Positions 24,735 to 36,505 of a stretch of 64,000 nt of DNA are shown here, piece after piece. The notes beneath the pieces are model-generated. The model saw only the letters and a program-made list of their open reading frames with translations, had not been told where the DNA came from and searched no databases. Each line of letters begins with the position of its first letter. Within the stretch, counting starts at the first letter, position 1. The position numbers were made by a program, and so were the translations under genes. Source of the DNA: Leucoraja ocellata (lineage: Eukaryota); contig JAWMAR010000825.1 in assembly GCA_036785375.1 (NCBI GenBank), positions 248,001 through 312,000 on the forward strand, read 5' to 3'.

Positions 24735-25340
24735 CAGGTTTCCTTTATTGTCATTCAGACCGAAGTCTGAACGAAATTTCATGCCTGTCATACATACATA
24801 CAATACAATTAAAAAAACAACAATAAACACATATTAACATCCACCACAGTGAGTCCACCTAGCACCTCCTCACTGTGATGGAGGCAAAAGTCTTAGGTCT
24901 GCAGTCTCTTCCCTCCTCTTCTCCCTCTGCGCTGAGGCGATACCCCACCGGGCGATGTTAAAACAGTCCCGCGGCTCAATCACCGCGGCCCGGGGTGGTC
25001 GAAGCTGCCATCCACCAGCCCTGCTGACACAGCCGCTGGCTCGCGGCCGAACCCCGGACTCAGGTCACCGCCGCCAGAACGCCGTCCCAGCCACCGGACC
25101 ACCGTTCCAGCCGCGAGCCGGATCGCCCTCACGTAAGTTACCATCTCAGCCTCGCGCCAGGCCGCCCCGACATGGGCGCCACTCCTCCCTCGGGCTGGGC
25201 CGCCCCGACATGGGTGCCGCTCCTCACTCGGGCTGGGCCGCCCCGACATGGGCGCCACTCCTCCCTCGGGCTGGGCCGCCCCGACATGGGCGTCGCTCCT
25301 CCCTCGGGCTGGGCCGCCCGGACATGGGCGCCGCTCAATA
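24735..25340 (-). mobile_element. Non-autonomous retroposon with a LINE-type gacaataaa tail and a GC-rich 5' part; related fragment at ~57930-58100
   Basis: tttattgtca terminus, ccacagtgag...ctcactgtg hairpin and agtctcttcc shared with 57930-58100. Confidence 0.5.
25161..25337. repeat. 38-bp GC-rich minisatellite, ~4.7 copies
   Basis: gccgccccgacatgggcgccactcctccctcgggctgg units at 25161, 25199, 25237, 25275 and 25313. Confidence 0.93.
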
Positions 25341-25659
25341 ACAGGAAAGTAGAAAGGAATTGCATAATATTTAAGAGACAATTGTACAGATACAAGGATA
25401 GGACACAAAATGCTGGAGTAACTCAGCGAGACAGGCAACATATCTAAGGAAGGGTCTCGACACAAAAAGCCACCTATTCCTCTCCAGAGATGCTGCCTGT
25501 CCTGCCAACACAGATACATGGATAGGATAGATTTAGAAGGTTAAGGGCCAAGCGCAGGCAAGTGGGACTAATGTAGATGGAGCATGTTCAGCGTGGGCAA
25601 GTTGGGCGGAAGTTGCCTGATTCCACAATGTATGACTTCATGAGATGCTGATTTACCCA

Positions 25660-26260
25660 AAAGGACACAAACGCTGGAGCAATTCAGCGGGTTAGCGAAA
25701 TTCCCTGGAGAACATGGATATGTGACGTCTTGTGTCGGGACCCACCTTCAGCCCATTGGGATGAGGGGTGGAAGAAAACTGGGAGGAGAGGCAGGCCAAA
25801 GTGTGGCAGGTAATAGATGGACACAGGTGATGTTTGATAGGCAGAAAGTTGAAACGAAGGCAAGAGATTAAAGTAGAAGGCGAGTCAAAAGGACTGAAGA
25901 GTTGCAAATTGTGAAGTTAGAGGAAGGAACATAGGGGAAGGGGCGAAATAGCTGTGAGCAGAGGGGCACGGGAGGGGAGGTTAGTTAGAGGTTACCTAAA
26001 ATTGGAGAATTCAATGTTCATATCAATGAGTTGTAATCTATCCAAGCAGAATACGAGGTGCTGTTCATCTAGTTTGCAAATGGCTTCACACTGGTGATGG
26101 AGGCGACTCAGGACAGAGAGGTCAGTTGGGAATGGGAATGGGAGTTAAATTGGTTAGTAACTGGGAGAAACAGTGGGCCTTAGCAGACTGAGCATGATTG
26201 TTCAATGCAACAGTTGTCGAGTCGATGCTTGGTGTTGCTGATGTACAGGATCACTGAATC
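25660..26260 (-). mobile_element. Penelope-like element 3' end (GIY-YIG tail, pyrimidine-rich UTR, terminal repeat)
   Basis: Minus strand encodes KLDEQHLVFCLDRLQLIDMNIEFSNF (homologous to 11680-11930), followed by the short repeat with a degenerate hammerhead-like core at ~25722-25751. Confidence 0.75.
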
Positions 26261-28029
26261 CAGTAGATGCAATCAGTACAGAGATGCTTGCTGCCTGACC
26301 CATTGAGTTACTCCAGCACTTTATATCCTTACAGGAAAATATTTGATGGGAAGCTTTCCATGTTTGGAGTACATTCTACCACAAAGAGAGTAAAGAACAA
26401 ATCCAAAATAAAAAAAAGTGTTAGAAACACTCCGCTGGCCAAGCAATATATGTGGATATTACTTTACGGCCAACTTTAAGGTCTGGGACAAAAACAAATG
26501 TTCCAAAATGTTTAAGTCTATCGTTTACTCAATACCGATCTCTCCAAACACTCTCTTCCCAATACTGATTAATCAAGCTGCACCAATACCAATGAAGAAT
26601 GAAATCAGAATGGATTCTGCAGAATAAATCAAGGATTTTATGTTGATGTTAGCGATAAGAGTTGCCTCCCTGTTTGCCGAATAAAGCCAAGGAACATTAC
26701 GGGGCAAAACTGCACTCTCTGGAACCATAACTTGCATCAAAAAAGACGGTTAGAGGTTGTCATGCATTCATCTCCAGGTTGCTACTGTAGGACTTCTTCA
26801 ACTGCTTCATCAATGTCCTTCATTCCATCACAAAGTCAGAGACGGGAAAGCCAGTTGCAAAACAACGCAGCCCATGCCTGCAAGTTGCAAGGTTGGACAG
26901 CATGGGCCAACAAATGACCAACAGCAATTATTCAATAAAATTGCCAAGAAATGACCCATCATCTCCAACAAGAGAGAATTAGTCACAGAATCATAGGGAA
27001 ATTGAGACTGATGCTCTTCAGCCAACCATCAATTCATCACCCATTGACACTAATCCCATTTTGTATTTGCTCCCATCAACTTTTTACACATCTTTGGAAT
27101 GTTGAAGAAAAATCGAGTACCCAGGGGAAACACACGATTACAGAGTAAACATGCAAAACGTGGATAGCACCCAAGGTCAGGTTTGAACCTGGCTCTCTTG
27201 CACAGGATAGCGATAGTTCCATGAGCTGTGCCACTGCATCTTGATGTTAACGGTTAATACTGTTAGTGAGTTCCTTATTTTAGGGGGGAGGGGGCAAGTT
27301 TAATCAGAAACGTCATTGACTTAGTCATAAATGCTATAAACAGAAATGCTTGGATACCGTGCAACGTGACGCACCTCCTGACTTCCCTGGATCTTCCTAC
27401 AAACTGCAAGGTACAACTTAGGAGTCTGATGTAATACTTTCTCCTTGGTGTAGAACTGCAGTATCCCAGTTTCAACCATAGAATAGAATACTTCCTAAAC
27501 TTGTGATCTCCCACACCAAGGAGAACGATAGCAGATGCACGGGACCTTGCTCATGGTCCCCTACAAACCAAATACCATCCTGAACTGGAATTATAATGTG
27601 ATTCTCTGTTGTAAATCCTGGAACATCTTACCTGACAATATTGTAGTAGGTACTTTCAACTAGTGGAATGTAATTGTTCACCACCATTTTTCTAAGAGCA
27701 TTTAGTGATGGGCATGAAATGCTGACCTTTGCTTGATGCTTACACCTGTAAATTAAGTTTTTTTTAAAAATTAGTTAGAGAATAAAATGGGATCGGTAGA
27801 TGCCACAATGGAGCTAGCATATAGCCATGCCAACTGTGCTCAAAACCTAAGCAAATTATCTCAAGCACTGGATTCTTCTTCCAACTACATCTTTCAAAGG
27901 GAAACATACAGAGTGCAACAAATAGTTCTCTGTATTGTAGCTCATCAGTTCCATAGAAAATGTCCACAATGACATAGAGGCAAATCAGACAGTGTCCAAG
28001 CTTATGAAAGGGGTATTCAGAAGCCTGAT

Positions 28030-28352
28030 AACTGAGGGGAAGAAGCTTAGAAGGAAACAGGTCCTTCGGCCCACAGTCCACACCGACCATCAATCACCGT
28101 GGGATTATTATCATATTATTAAAACATATTACCGGGGTAATTCAATGTTATCCCAGTCCCTACACACTAGGGGCAAATTTGCAGAGGCTAATTAACCTAC
28201 AAACCCAAACCTATTTGGGATGTGGGAGGAAACCCGAGCATCTGGAGGAGACACGGAGAGAACTTGCAAATTCTGCTCAGACAGCACGCGAGGTCAGGAT
28301 AGAACCCTGGTCTCTGATGCTGTGAGGCAATAGCTCTACCATCTGTGCCACT
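28030..28352 (-). mobile_element. tRNA-derived SINE (HE1/V-SINE-like)
   Basis: Reverse complement of the SINE at 33001-33262 (B-box, gtttcctcccacatcc core). Another minus-strand copy at ~27000-27235. Confidence 0.75.
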
Positions 28353-28379
28353 CTGCTCCTGAGTCTAGTGGTATGCGCT

Positions 28380-29615
28380 TTCAAGCTTTTGCTCGATCGG
28401 AGCAGGGAGAAAGTGAAATGATTGGGATAGGACAAGTATTTGATTTAGTTGTTTGCTTTATTGAGGCAGCGTGAAGTATAAATTGAATCAATGGTGGGAA
28501 GTGTGGTCCGTAGGACTGGGCTACATTTACAACTCTGTGCAATTTCATGCAGTATTGTGCAGAGCTGTTCCCAAACCAAGCAGTGTTTTCTATGGTGCAT
28601 CTATAGAATTTCGAGTCTTGCAAACATACCAAATTTCCTCAGGAAGTAGAGGCATTGGTGTGCCTAATTAGCTGTCGCATCAATGTCAAGAGTCCTGAAG
28701 TTGATAAACTAGCTCATTTGTTTTACTGATATTGAGGGGGAAGTTATTGTTCTGAACGGTGTTACTATGATCTCTATCTGGTTTCTTAAGGATTAGGTTT
28801 ATTATTGTCACCTTTACCAAGGTACAGTGAAATGCTGTGTGTTGCATGCTATCCAATCAAATAATCCTAATCAAAGATAGACACAAAAAGCTGGAGTAAC
28901 TCAGCGGGCCAGGCATCTCTGGAGAGGAGGAATGGGTGATGTTTCAGGTCGAGGCCCTTCTTCAGACTCTAATCAAATTCTGTATCATCATTGTTTGTGA
29001 TCTGGCCCATCACAGTGGTGTCATCTGCAGAATTCTAGATGAAGTTAGAGCTGAATGTGGTTGTACAGTCGTGAGTGCACAGGGAGTAGCATTGGGGACT
29101 TACATGCAAAGCACCAATATTGAGAATTATTGTGAGGAGGTGTTGTCACCCATCCTCAGTGATTGAGGTCTGTGGGTCAGAAAGTCGAAGATCCAGTGAC
29201 AGAGGGGGGAGTTGATTCCTACGTCCTGGAGTTTGGAGATGAGTCTGGATGGGATTGTGGTGTTGAAGGCAGAGTTATGTTTGATAAATAGGAGTTGAAA
29301 ACATGTGTTATTTAGGTGGTCCAGTGATTAATTTACGACCAGGAAGATGGTGTCGGCTGTAGACCAGTCGTAACGATAAGAGAACTGCAGTGGATCAAAG
29401 TTGACTGGGAGTGCCATCACCAGTCTCTTGAAGCACTTTATGATGGTGGATGTCAGAGTCACTGGACAGTAGTCATTAGCGCACATTATCTTACCTTTCT
29501 TTGGCATTGAGATGATAGCGATCTTCTTGAAGTGGACGGGGACATCAGCATTGAGTAGTGAGAGGTTAATAGTGTCTGCCAGCTAATCAACACCGGTCCT
29601 GAGGATGTGCTCAGT
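28380..29615 (-). mobile_element. Rex1/Babar-like LINE, degenerate RT with nested insertions
   Basis: NDYCPVTLTSTIIKCFKRL, ADDTTVMGQI and FYRCTIE...WFGNSSAQ...LHRVV motifs. Confidence 0.75.
28876..28968 (-). mobile_element. 93-bp Penelope-derived short repeat with hammerhead-like core
   Basis: Flanked by the 9-bp direct repeat CTAATCAAA (28867-28875, 28969-28977); minus strand reads CTGAAGA AGGGCCTCGACCT GAAACATC. Confidence 0.7.
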
Positions 29616-29679
29616 TGCTTCCTGCAGATTCACTCTCAGTGAACCCGGTCCGCCACCGTAACTGCTCAATGGAAAGAAG

Positions 29680-32390
29680 AATAGGAGCAGGCTCTTCTGT
29701 AGTTTCAATAGGATCATGGCTGATCCAATATTACTCACGTCCACTTTCCAGACCAGTCATTGATTCCTTTACTGATTATAAATCTATCAGTATCATCCTC
29801 AACCCAACAGCTCCCTGTGCCAAGGACTACTAATCCTCAAGAAATTCCTCATCTCAATCTTAATTCTGGCATCATGCCATCGGGCTCTAGATTCTCCCAT
29901 GAGAGGAAATATCTTCTCACCATTTACCCTGATTAGTCCCCTAAGAATCTTATACTTTTCAATAATATTGGCTCAAATCTTTCTGAACTCCAACAAAAAG
30001 TGTTCCAACCTGTTTAACATTTCCTCACAGGACAATGCAACCTCCTCGAATGAAATCTTATCTTTACTTAAAGATGGGGAGCAATATCATATGCAGAACT
30101 CTAGATATGATCTTTTATATGCATTGTACAGTTGCACTAAGATATACCGACTTTTACACTCCAACCTACCTGAAATATGGATCAACGTTCCAGATGTCTA
30201 CGTGACCAGATGCATTTGTGTACCTGTTTTGTCTTTCGTGCACAAGGATCCCTAAATATCTTTGAGCTTTCTGAAAGGTTTTCTATGTGGATCTTGTGCA
30301 GGCAGATGTGTTTAGTTTATATTGGCATCATGTTTGGACCAGACATTGTGGGCCAAAAGGCCTGTTCCTGTGCTGTTCTATTTAAATATTGTTGTTTCTT
30401 CCAAAATGAAATAAGAATTTTCTTACATTATGCATTATTTGCCAACTTTTTTCCCCCTCACCTAACAATAACTTTCTGTAGGTACACAAAAATGCTGGAG
30501 AAACTCAGCGGGTGAGGCAGCATCTCTGAAGCGAAGGAAGTTGTTCCGTAACTTTCTGTAAGCTGTTTCTGACTCCATGCAACTTGTCTTCCCATCTTTT
30601 CTTATATCATTCTGGCTATCATGCATTCACATTCTCCCTCCAAGTCATCAGTATATATAGTAACCCACTGCAGTCTCAGCACTGATCCCTGTGGTACTCT
30701 CCCAGTCATGGTTGCCAATCTGAAAATGATGCTTCTATTCCTGCTTGCTGCTTCCTGCACCCGAGGCAACTTATAATTCATGGTTATGCAGATTCTGCTT
30801 GATTTATGATTTTAAATCATGTTTTGCACAAACATTTTGGGCCGAATTATGATATTCCAAATGTACTGGTTATTTTCCTAATAACCCGATTATGAAGAAA
30901 GATAGCATCTCCACCAATTTGTGGGAATCTATGGACCATGAACACCTGTGGCCAATGCACTTGGGAGCACAGAGAAGACTTGTGTGAATTACTGAATTGC
31001 CAGTCTCATGTGTGGAAGAATTTGGGGTTCAGACTTTGGCTTCATTAGCCACCTCAACTTGAAAATGGAGGTGGTTATTCTTAATGTGGAATATTGATGC
31101 CAAAGGAAAAGGAGCAGAAAGAGGAGGAAGTGGAGGAGGAATAACAGGAGAAAACGAGGAAGAATTGATTTTTGCAACATTTTTCACCCCAATATGCAAG
31201 GCATGATTGCCTGCTTTTTACTTCCATCCTTTTTGAGGCGTTGTAATGGCAGTTTTCCCATCTTCTGGCACATGTCCAAACTTGAAGGACTTATGGAACA
31301 TTTAAGCTAATACATGCAACAGCATTGCAGGCACTTTCATAGAATGTAACATTATTGGAACCTGGGGACTTATCAACTTTTCACTTCATTAGTTTACCTA
31401 ATACAATTTCTCTAGTGATGGTATTTAATTCCTCCCTGGCATCATTTAGTATTACTAGGATATTCACAATATCATTCACTTTAAAGATTGATGCAACATT
31501 TCTGCTTAACTCCTCTACCATCCCTCATTTTCCATAATTATCACCCCTTCCTGTTTATGTACTTCAGTCTTTTTCATCATTTTTATGTTCCTTGTTAGCT
31601 TAACCTCAGTTTTTTTTCATTGTCCTCCTTTGCTGAATGCAAATCATCCCAGTCTTCATGTCTTCCCCCAACCTTTGCCTCCTTATACAACGTATTTCAA
31701 CAATATCCTTCTTCTTTTCCTTGGATAGTTTCTCCGTCATTAGAATTGTTCCGTTACTGGGATATATTTCTGCTGAGTATCCCGAGTTACCGCCAAACAT
31801 GTCTGCCACTGCTTTCCTGCCATCCTACTTGCTCATCTCTTGGCCCTGCTCACTTTTGCCAACTCTATTCTAATTTTATTGTAATTTCCCATTTGCAAAT
31901 TGGTTATTTTGCATTCTCAATAGAGTATATAATATAATCTGATCTCGGCAATCTTTGAAATCTTTTACTTTGAGGTACATTATTAAACATGCCACATCAC
32001 CCATGGCAGATTCTGAATCGCCTGTTCCTTCGTTGGCTCCATAATAGATTACTCCAGGAAATTATCCCAGATGCATTCTCTGAATTTATTTTCATAGCTA
32101 CCCTTCCACTTTGATTAACCCAATCTAAAGATGATCCAAGTCTCCCATATTTATTGTTCAGCTCCTTTTACACACTCCCATTATTTGTTGATAAACATTC
32201 TAGCAGCATGGCTACTGTTTGGACATCAAAACAGTTTACTGGATTTAACATTATCTAAGCCTAGCCTAATTATTTATTTTCTTATTAACTGCTAACCCAC
32301 CATCTCTTTCATCCCATCTGAATTTTCAAATATTTCTGAATATTGAGTCCCCATCTTTGATCGCCTTGCAACCATGTTTCCACAATGGCT
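29680..32390 (-). mobile_element. Old, long CR1-like LINE remnant with younger insertions
   Basis: Degenerate reverse-complement similarity to the CR1 3' end near 29700-30250 and to RT/EN-region sequence further along; heavily decayed. Confidence 0.5.
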
Positions 32391-33000
32391 ATCAGATCAT
32401 ACTACTGAGCAAAAAATAAACTGCTGGAGGAACTCAGTGGATCAGGCAGCATCTGTGGAGGGAAATGGACAGATGATGTTTTCGGTCGAGACCTTTCTTC
32501 AGACTTCAGTCACATACAGGACGGTAATTGTATTATCTTTTTGATTTTTCTTGAAGGTTACTGGAAAAACATTTATTCAAAGTCTAACAATAATAATTGA
32601 ACACATGGCCTAAAAAAATGTTCCATAATTTTGTATAAACTGATAAATGGCAAACGTACCTCAAGAGAACCACAGCTGCTTGTTATTTTATAATTACTTC
32701 ACAGACCACCAGAATATTTGATAGGATAACCTGGAAGATCACCAAATTTCACAATTGCTGATCAATTGCATTCTCATTAGGATCTCCTATATTATATTAT
32801 CAATTAAAAATGCAATTGCAGTATACACCAGGAAAGCTTTACCTAAATAAATTATTTGAAAAAAAGTGCCCCGAAGCAGCTGCTCTAAAACTCAACAACT
32901 TTTAATAATGGCATCTTTAAGATAACTTTTCACTGAAATGGTTGTAAATTGTTAAAGGAAATCCACCACTGCTGACCGTTCTAATAGCAGATGAATCTAG

Positions 33001-33262
33001 GGCAGCACGTTGACACAGCTCGTAGAGCTGCTGCTTCAAAGAGACCCGAGTTCGATCCTGACCTTGGGTATTGTAAGTTTTCCTCTGGGTGCTCCGGTTT
33101 CCTCCCACATCCAATACATGCAGGTTTGCAGGTGAATTGGCTTCTGTAAAATTGCCCTAGTGTGTGGGGAGTGGACGTGAAAGTGGGATAACATAGAACC
33201 AGTATGAAGAGATAATGGATGGTCAGCATGGACGAGGTGGACCGAGGGTATTTCTAAACTAA
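33001..33262 (+). mobile_element. tRNA-derived SINE (HE1/V-SINE-like)
   Basis: Pol III B-box GTTCGATCC at 33050-33058; core gggtgctccggtttcctcccacatcc; aaactaaa tail. Partial copy at ~57515-57712. Confidence 0.8.
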
Positions 33263-33774
33263 ATTCTCTTCCAGAGCCCCTTTACTTCATTGACTTTATT
33301 AAAACCTGTCACTTTGATAGTCCAATTATCACCTTTCTGTTGTGTGATGATCCTGTTGATGTACAGTGCTCTCCATAATGTTTGGGACAAAGACCAATCG
33401 TTTATTTGCCTCTGTACTCCACAATTTAACATTTGTCATAGAAAAAAAATCACATGTGGTTAAAGTGCACATTGTCAGATTTTAATAAAGGCCATTGTTA
33501 TGCATTTTGATTTCACCATGTAGAAATTACAGCTGTGTTTATACATAGTTCCCCCATTTCAGGGAACCAAAATGTTTGCGACACAGCTTCACAGGTGTTT
33601 GTAATTGCTCAGGTGTGTTTAATTGTCTCCTTAATGCAGGTATAAGAGAGCTCTCAGCAACTAGTCTTTCCTCCAGTTTTTCCATCACATTTTGAGTTTC
33701 ATTGCTGCTTATCAACATGAGGACCAAAGTTGTGCCAATGAAAGTCACAGAAGCCATTATGAGACTGAGAAAGA

Positions 33775-33932
33775 AGGAGGTTCCCGGAGGTTTTTTGTCA
33801 AGTCTCCATACCTGTTTCCACTACCTGCAACCTCCAGCAACCACCTGCAACCTCCGGGAACCGCACGGAAACCTTGGGTGGGGCACAAAGTCTCCAGAGG
33901 TTTCCGTTCAGGTTTCCTAGTGGGACAGGGGC
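33775..33932. mobile_element. PIF/Harbinger-like MITE fragment inside Tc1
   Basis: Interrupts the Tc1 colinearity; ends agtgggacaggggc. Confidence 0.6.
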
Positions 33933-34208
33933 ATTAGAAACATCAGCCAAACCTTAGGCTTACCAAATTTATCTGTTTGGAACATAATTAAGAAGAAAGA
34001 GAGCACTGGTGAGCTTACTAATCGCAAAGGGACTGGCAGGTCAACGAAGACCTCCACAACTGATGACAGAAGAATCTCTCTATAATAAAGAAAAATCACC
34101 AAACACCTGTCTAACAGATCAGAAACACTCTTCAGGAGTGGATTTGTCAATGACCACTGTCAGCAGAGGACTTCATGAACAGAAAATACAGAAGGTACAC
34201 TGCAAGAG

Positions 34209-34637
34209 TGGACCTGGATAGACTCGGCTTGTACTTGCTAGAATTTAGAAGATTGAGGGGGGATGTTATAGAAACTTACAAAATTCTTAAGGGGTTTGAC
34301 AGGCTAGATGCAGGAAGATTGTTCCCGATGTTGGGGAAGTCCAGAACAAGTGGTCACAGTTTAAGGATAAGGGGGCAATCTTTTAGGACCGAGATGAGAA
34401 TTTTCTTTTCAGTGTTGAATCTCTGGAATTCTCTGCCACAGAAGGTAGTTGAGGCCAGTTCATTGGCTATATTTAAGAGGGAGTTAGATGAGGCCCTTGT
34501 GGCTAAAGGTATCAGGGGGTATGGAGAGAAGGCAGGTACAGGATACCGAGTTGGATGATCAGCCATGATCATATTGAATGGCTGTGCAGGTTCGAAGGGC
34601 CAAATGGCCTACTCCTGTACCTATTATCTATGTTTCT
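34209..34637 (+). mobile_element. 5'-truncated CR1-like LINE inserted in Tc1
   Basis: Close match to ~22410-22835; flanked by the AAGAG duplication (34204-34208, 34638-34642). Confidence 0.9.
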
Positions 34638-34920
34638 AAGAGGCAAACCAATGGTTAGCCGCAAAAATAGGATGGCCAGGTTACAGTTTGCCAATAAGTA
34701 CTTAAAAGAGCAACCACAGTTCTGGAAAAAGGTCTTATGGACAGATGAGATGAAGATTAACTTATATCAGAGTGATGAGGGTTGGGGGGGGAGAGGGAAG
34801 GGGGGGGGGTGAAGGCAGGTGGAGAGATGGTGGGAAACGGGAGCACAGGGAATAGTTGAATCAGTTGTCATCTAATTGAATGACAACAATTGTTCAAGGG
34901 CCCAATTGGGGAGAGAGTTC

Positions 34921-35508
34921 CTTTCACAGCGTGGGGAGTCTGTGCCAGGGTAAAGTTGCGGGGAGGGCAGGAGTGTTGAGAAGGAGGGGTCGGGGATAAT
35001 GCTAGTAACTCACCGCTGCCGCAGCTCTCCGGGCGCGGAGCCACTGCATTGTAGCCGGGGATAGAAACAGCTCAGGAGGCAGCGAGCGGCTGCCGGGACC
35101 CGATAGCAGAACTGGCCGCCACTTCAGCACCTTCTGCCGGCCCGCTTACCTCTGGCAGTGCTCTCCGTCTGAACACCTCTTACCTGCTGCTCGCATATAA
35201 GCCGCTTCCTGCAAATCCTTAAATTCCCACAGCTGAGTAACCTCAATCTCGCTGTCGGAATTTAAGGATTTGCGGGAAGTGGCTGACATGAGTGAGGCCA
35301 GCGAGCGGCAGGAGAGAGTTTTTTCGACAGAGAGCTGCCAGAGCTGAGCTGGGGCCGGCAGAAGGCGCTGAAGTAGCTCGCAGCCACCCGAGCTACTTCT
35401 CCTCTCCGTGCATGTGGGTTACTGGCATGATCCAGATCCCCTCCTTCACAACGCTCCTGCCCTCCCAGCAACTTTACCCCGGGCCAGACTCCCCAAACGT
35501 TGTGAAAG
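34921..35508. mobile_element. GC-rich foldback (palindromic) element
   Basis: Arms pair along their length, e.g. ctttcaca...gggtaaagttgc / gcaactttaccc...tgtgaaag and gcaaatccttaaattcc / ggaatttaaggatttgc. Confidence 0.75.
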
Positions 35509-36099
35509 CTCACCCCTCACTCCCACACCCCGGGAGATATGGTATTTAAAAACATCACCAAGAAATGTACTTACCACATCATTGGTACACAAGCTCCATC
35601 CTTCTCTCTGTTTCCTAAGATACATTAAAATAATGGCAATCCATAATTGAAAACCCCGCCAAGAAACTAGCGCTGCGCATGCGCAGTAGGCTGCTGCGCC
35701 TGCGCAGTTCTGCAAAGGCAGAATTTCAGCTGCCTTCAGTCCCGCTTGAAGCAGCACTGACTGTACACGGGCTGCACAGACCTTCAAGGGTTACAAGCGT
35801 TGCGGATGAAAGGCACGGAGAATTATGCCCACCTATGAGATCGATCTCTTAGATAGGCATAATTCTCCCATGTTATAATTTTAGTCAGGGTAGGCAGTGC
35901 CTACCCTTACGGCACGTGCCTGCATTAAGGTCACCTGGATGTGGCAAGTAATGGAAGATATAGCCATGTGGGAAAGATGCATTAAGACAAAAGGTTAACC
36001 AAGCAGCCTTCAAGGTTATGATGTTGAACCAATTGTCTACAGAAAGCTTGGGACAGGAGGGCTGAAGTTACGAGGTGCTGGATGGTCTGGGATTCCCCC

Positions 36100-36505
36100 C
36101 TCCCCCCGGAACGAAAATGTCTGAGTGGTGACCTTATAGAGGTTTATAAAAGCATGAGGGGGTATAAAAAAGATTGTCAGTCTTTTCCTAAATCAGAGGA
36201 GTCTAAAACCAAGCTGTTCAGCTAGTTACTGCTTAGTAGATTTAAGATGAGAGGGGAATATTTAAGGGAAATCTCAGAGGCAAGTTTTTCCCAATATAAA
36301 TGTTGGTGGGTATATAGAACGAGCTGTTAGAAGTGTTGGAGGCGAGAACAATTACAATGTTCAAAATACATCTGAACAGGTGCATGAATAGGAAAGTTTT
36401 AAGGGATATGGGCCAAATGGAGGCACTAATGTGACATGCTCCATAAGACTCCTTGGTCAGCATGGGCCAGAGGGCCTATTTCCATGCTGTATTATTTTAT
36501 GATTG
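36100..36505 (+). mobile_element. CR1-like LINE 3' fragment
   Basis: gaccttatagaggtttataaa (DLIEVYK) and the CR1-type 3' UTR. Confidence 0.65.

Larger units (their letters stand above)
33364..34775 (+). mobile_element. 5' part of a Tc1-like transposon (same family as 59190-60785), with nested MITE end and CR1
   Basis: TA|CAGTG left TIR; transposase pieces [17 protein letters not shown] and [27 protein letters not shown]. Confidence 0.88.

Noticed and set aside
24955-25519. Long overlapping ORFs (up to 179 aa)
   Set aside because: Produced by the GC-rich 38-bp minisatellite; the peptides are repetitive with no domain.
33001-33065. tRNA gene
   Set aside because: B-box belongs to a tRNA-derived SINE head; no cloverleaf, and the SINE body follows.
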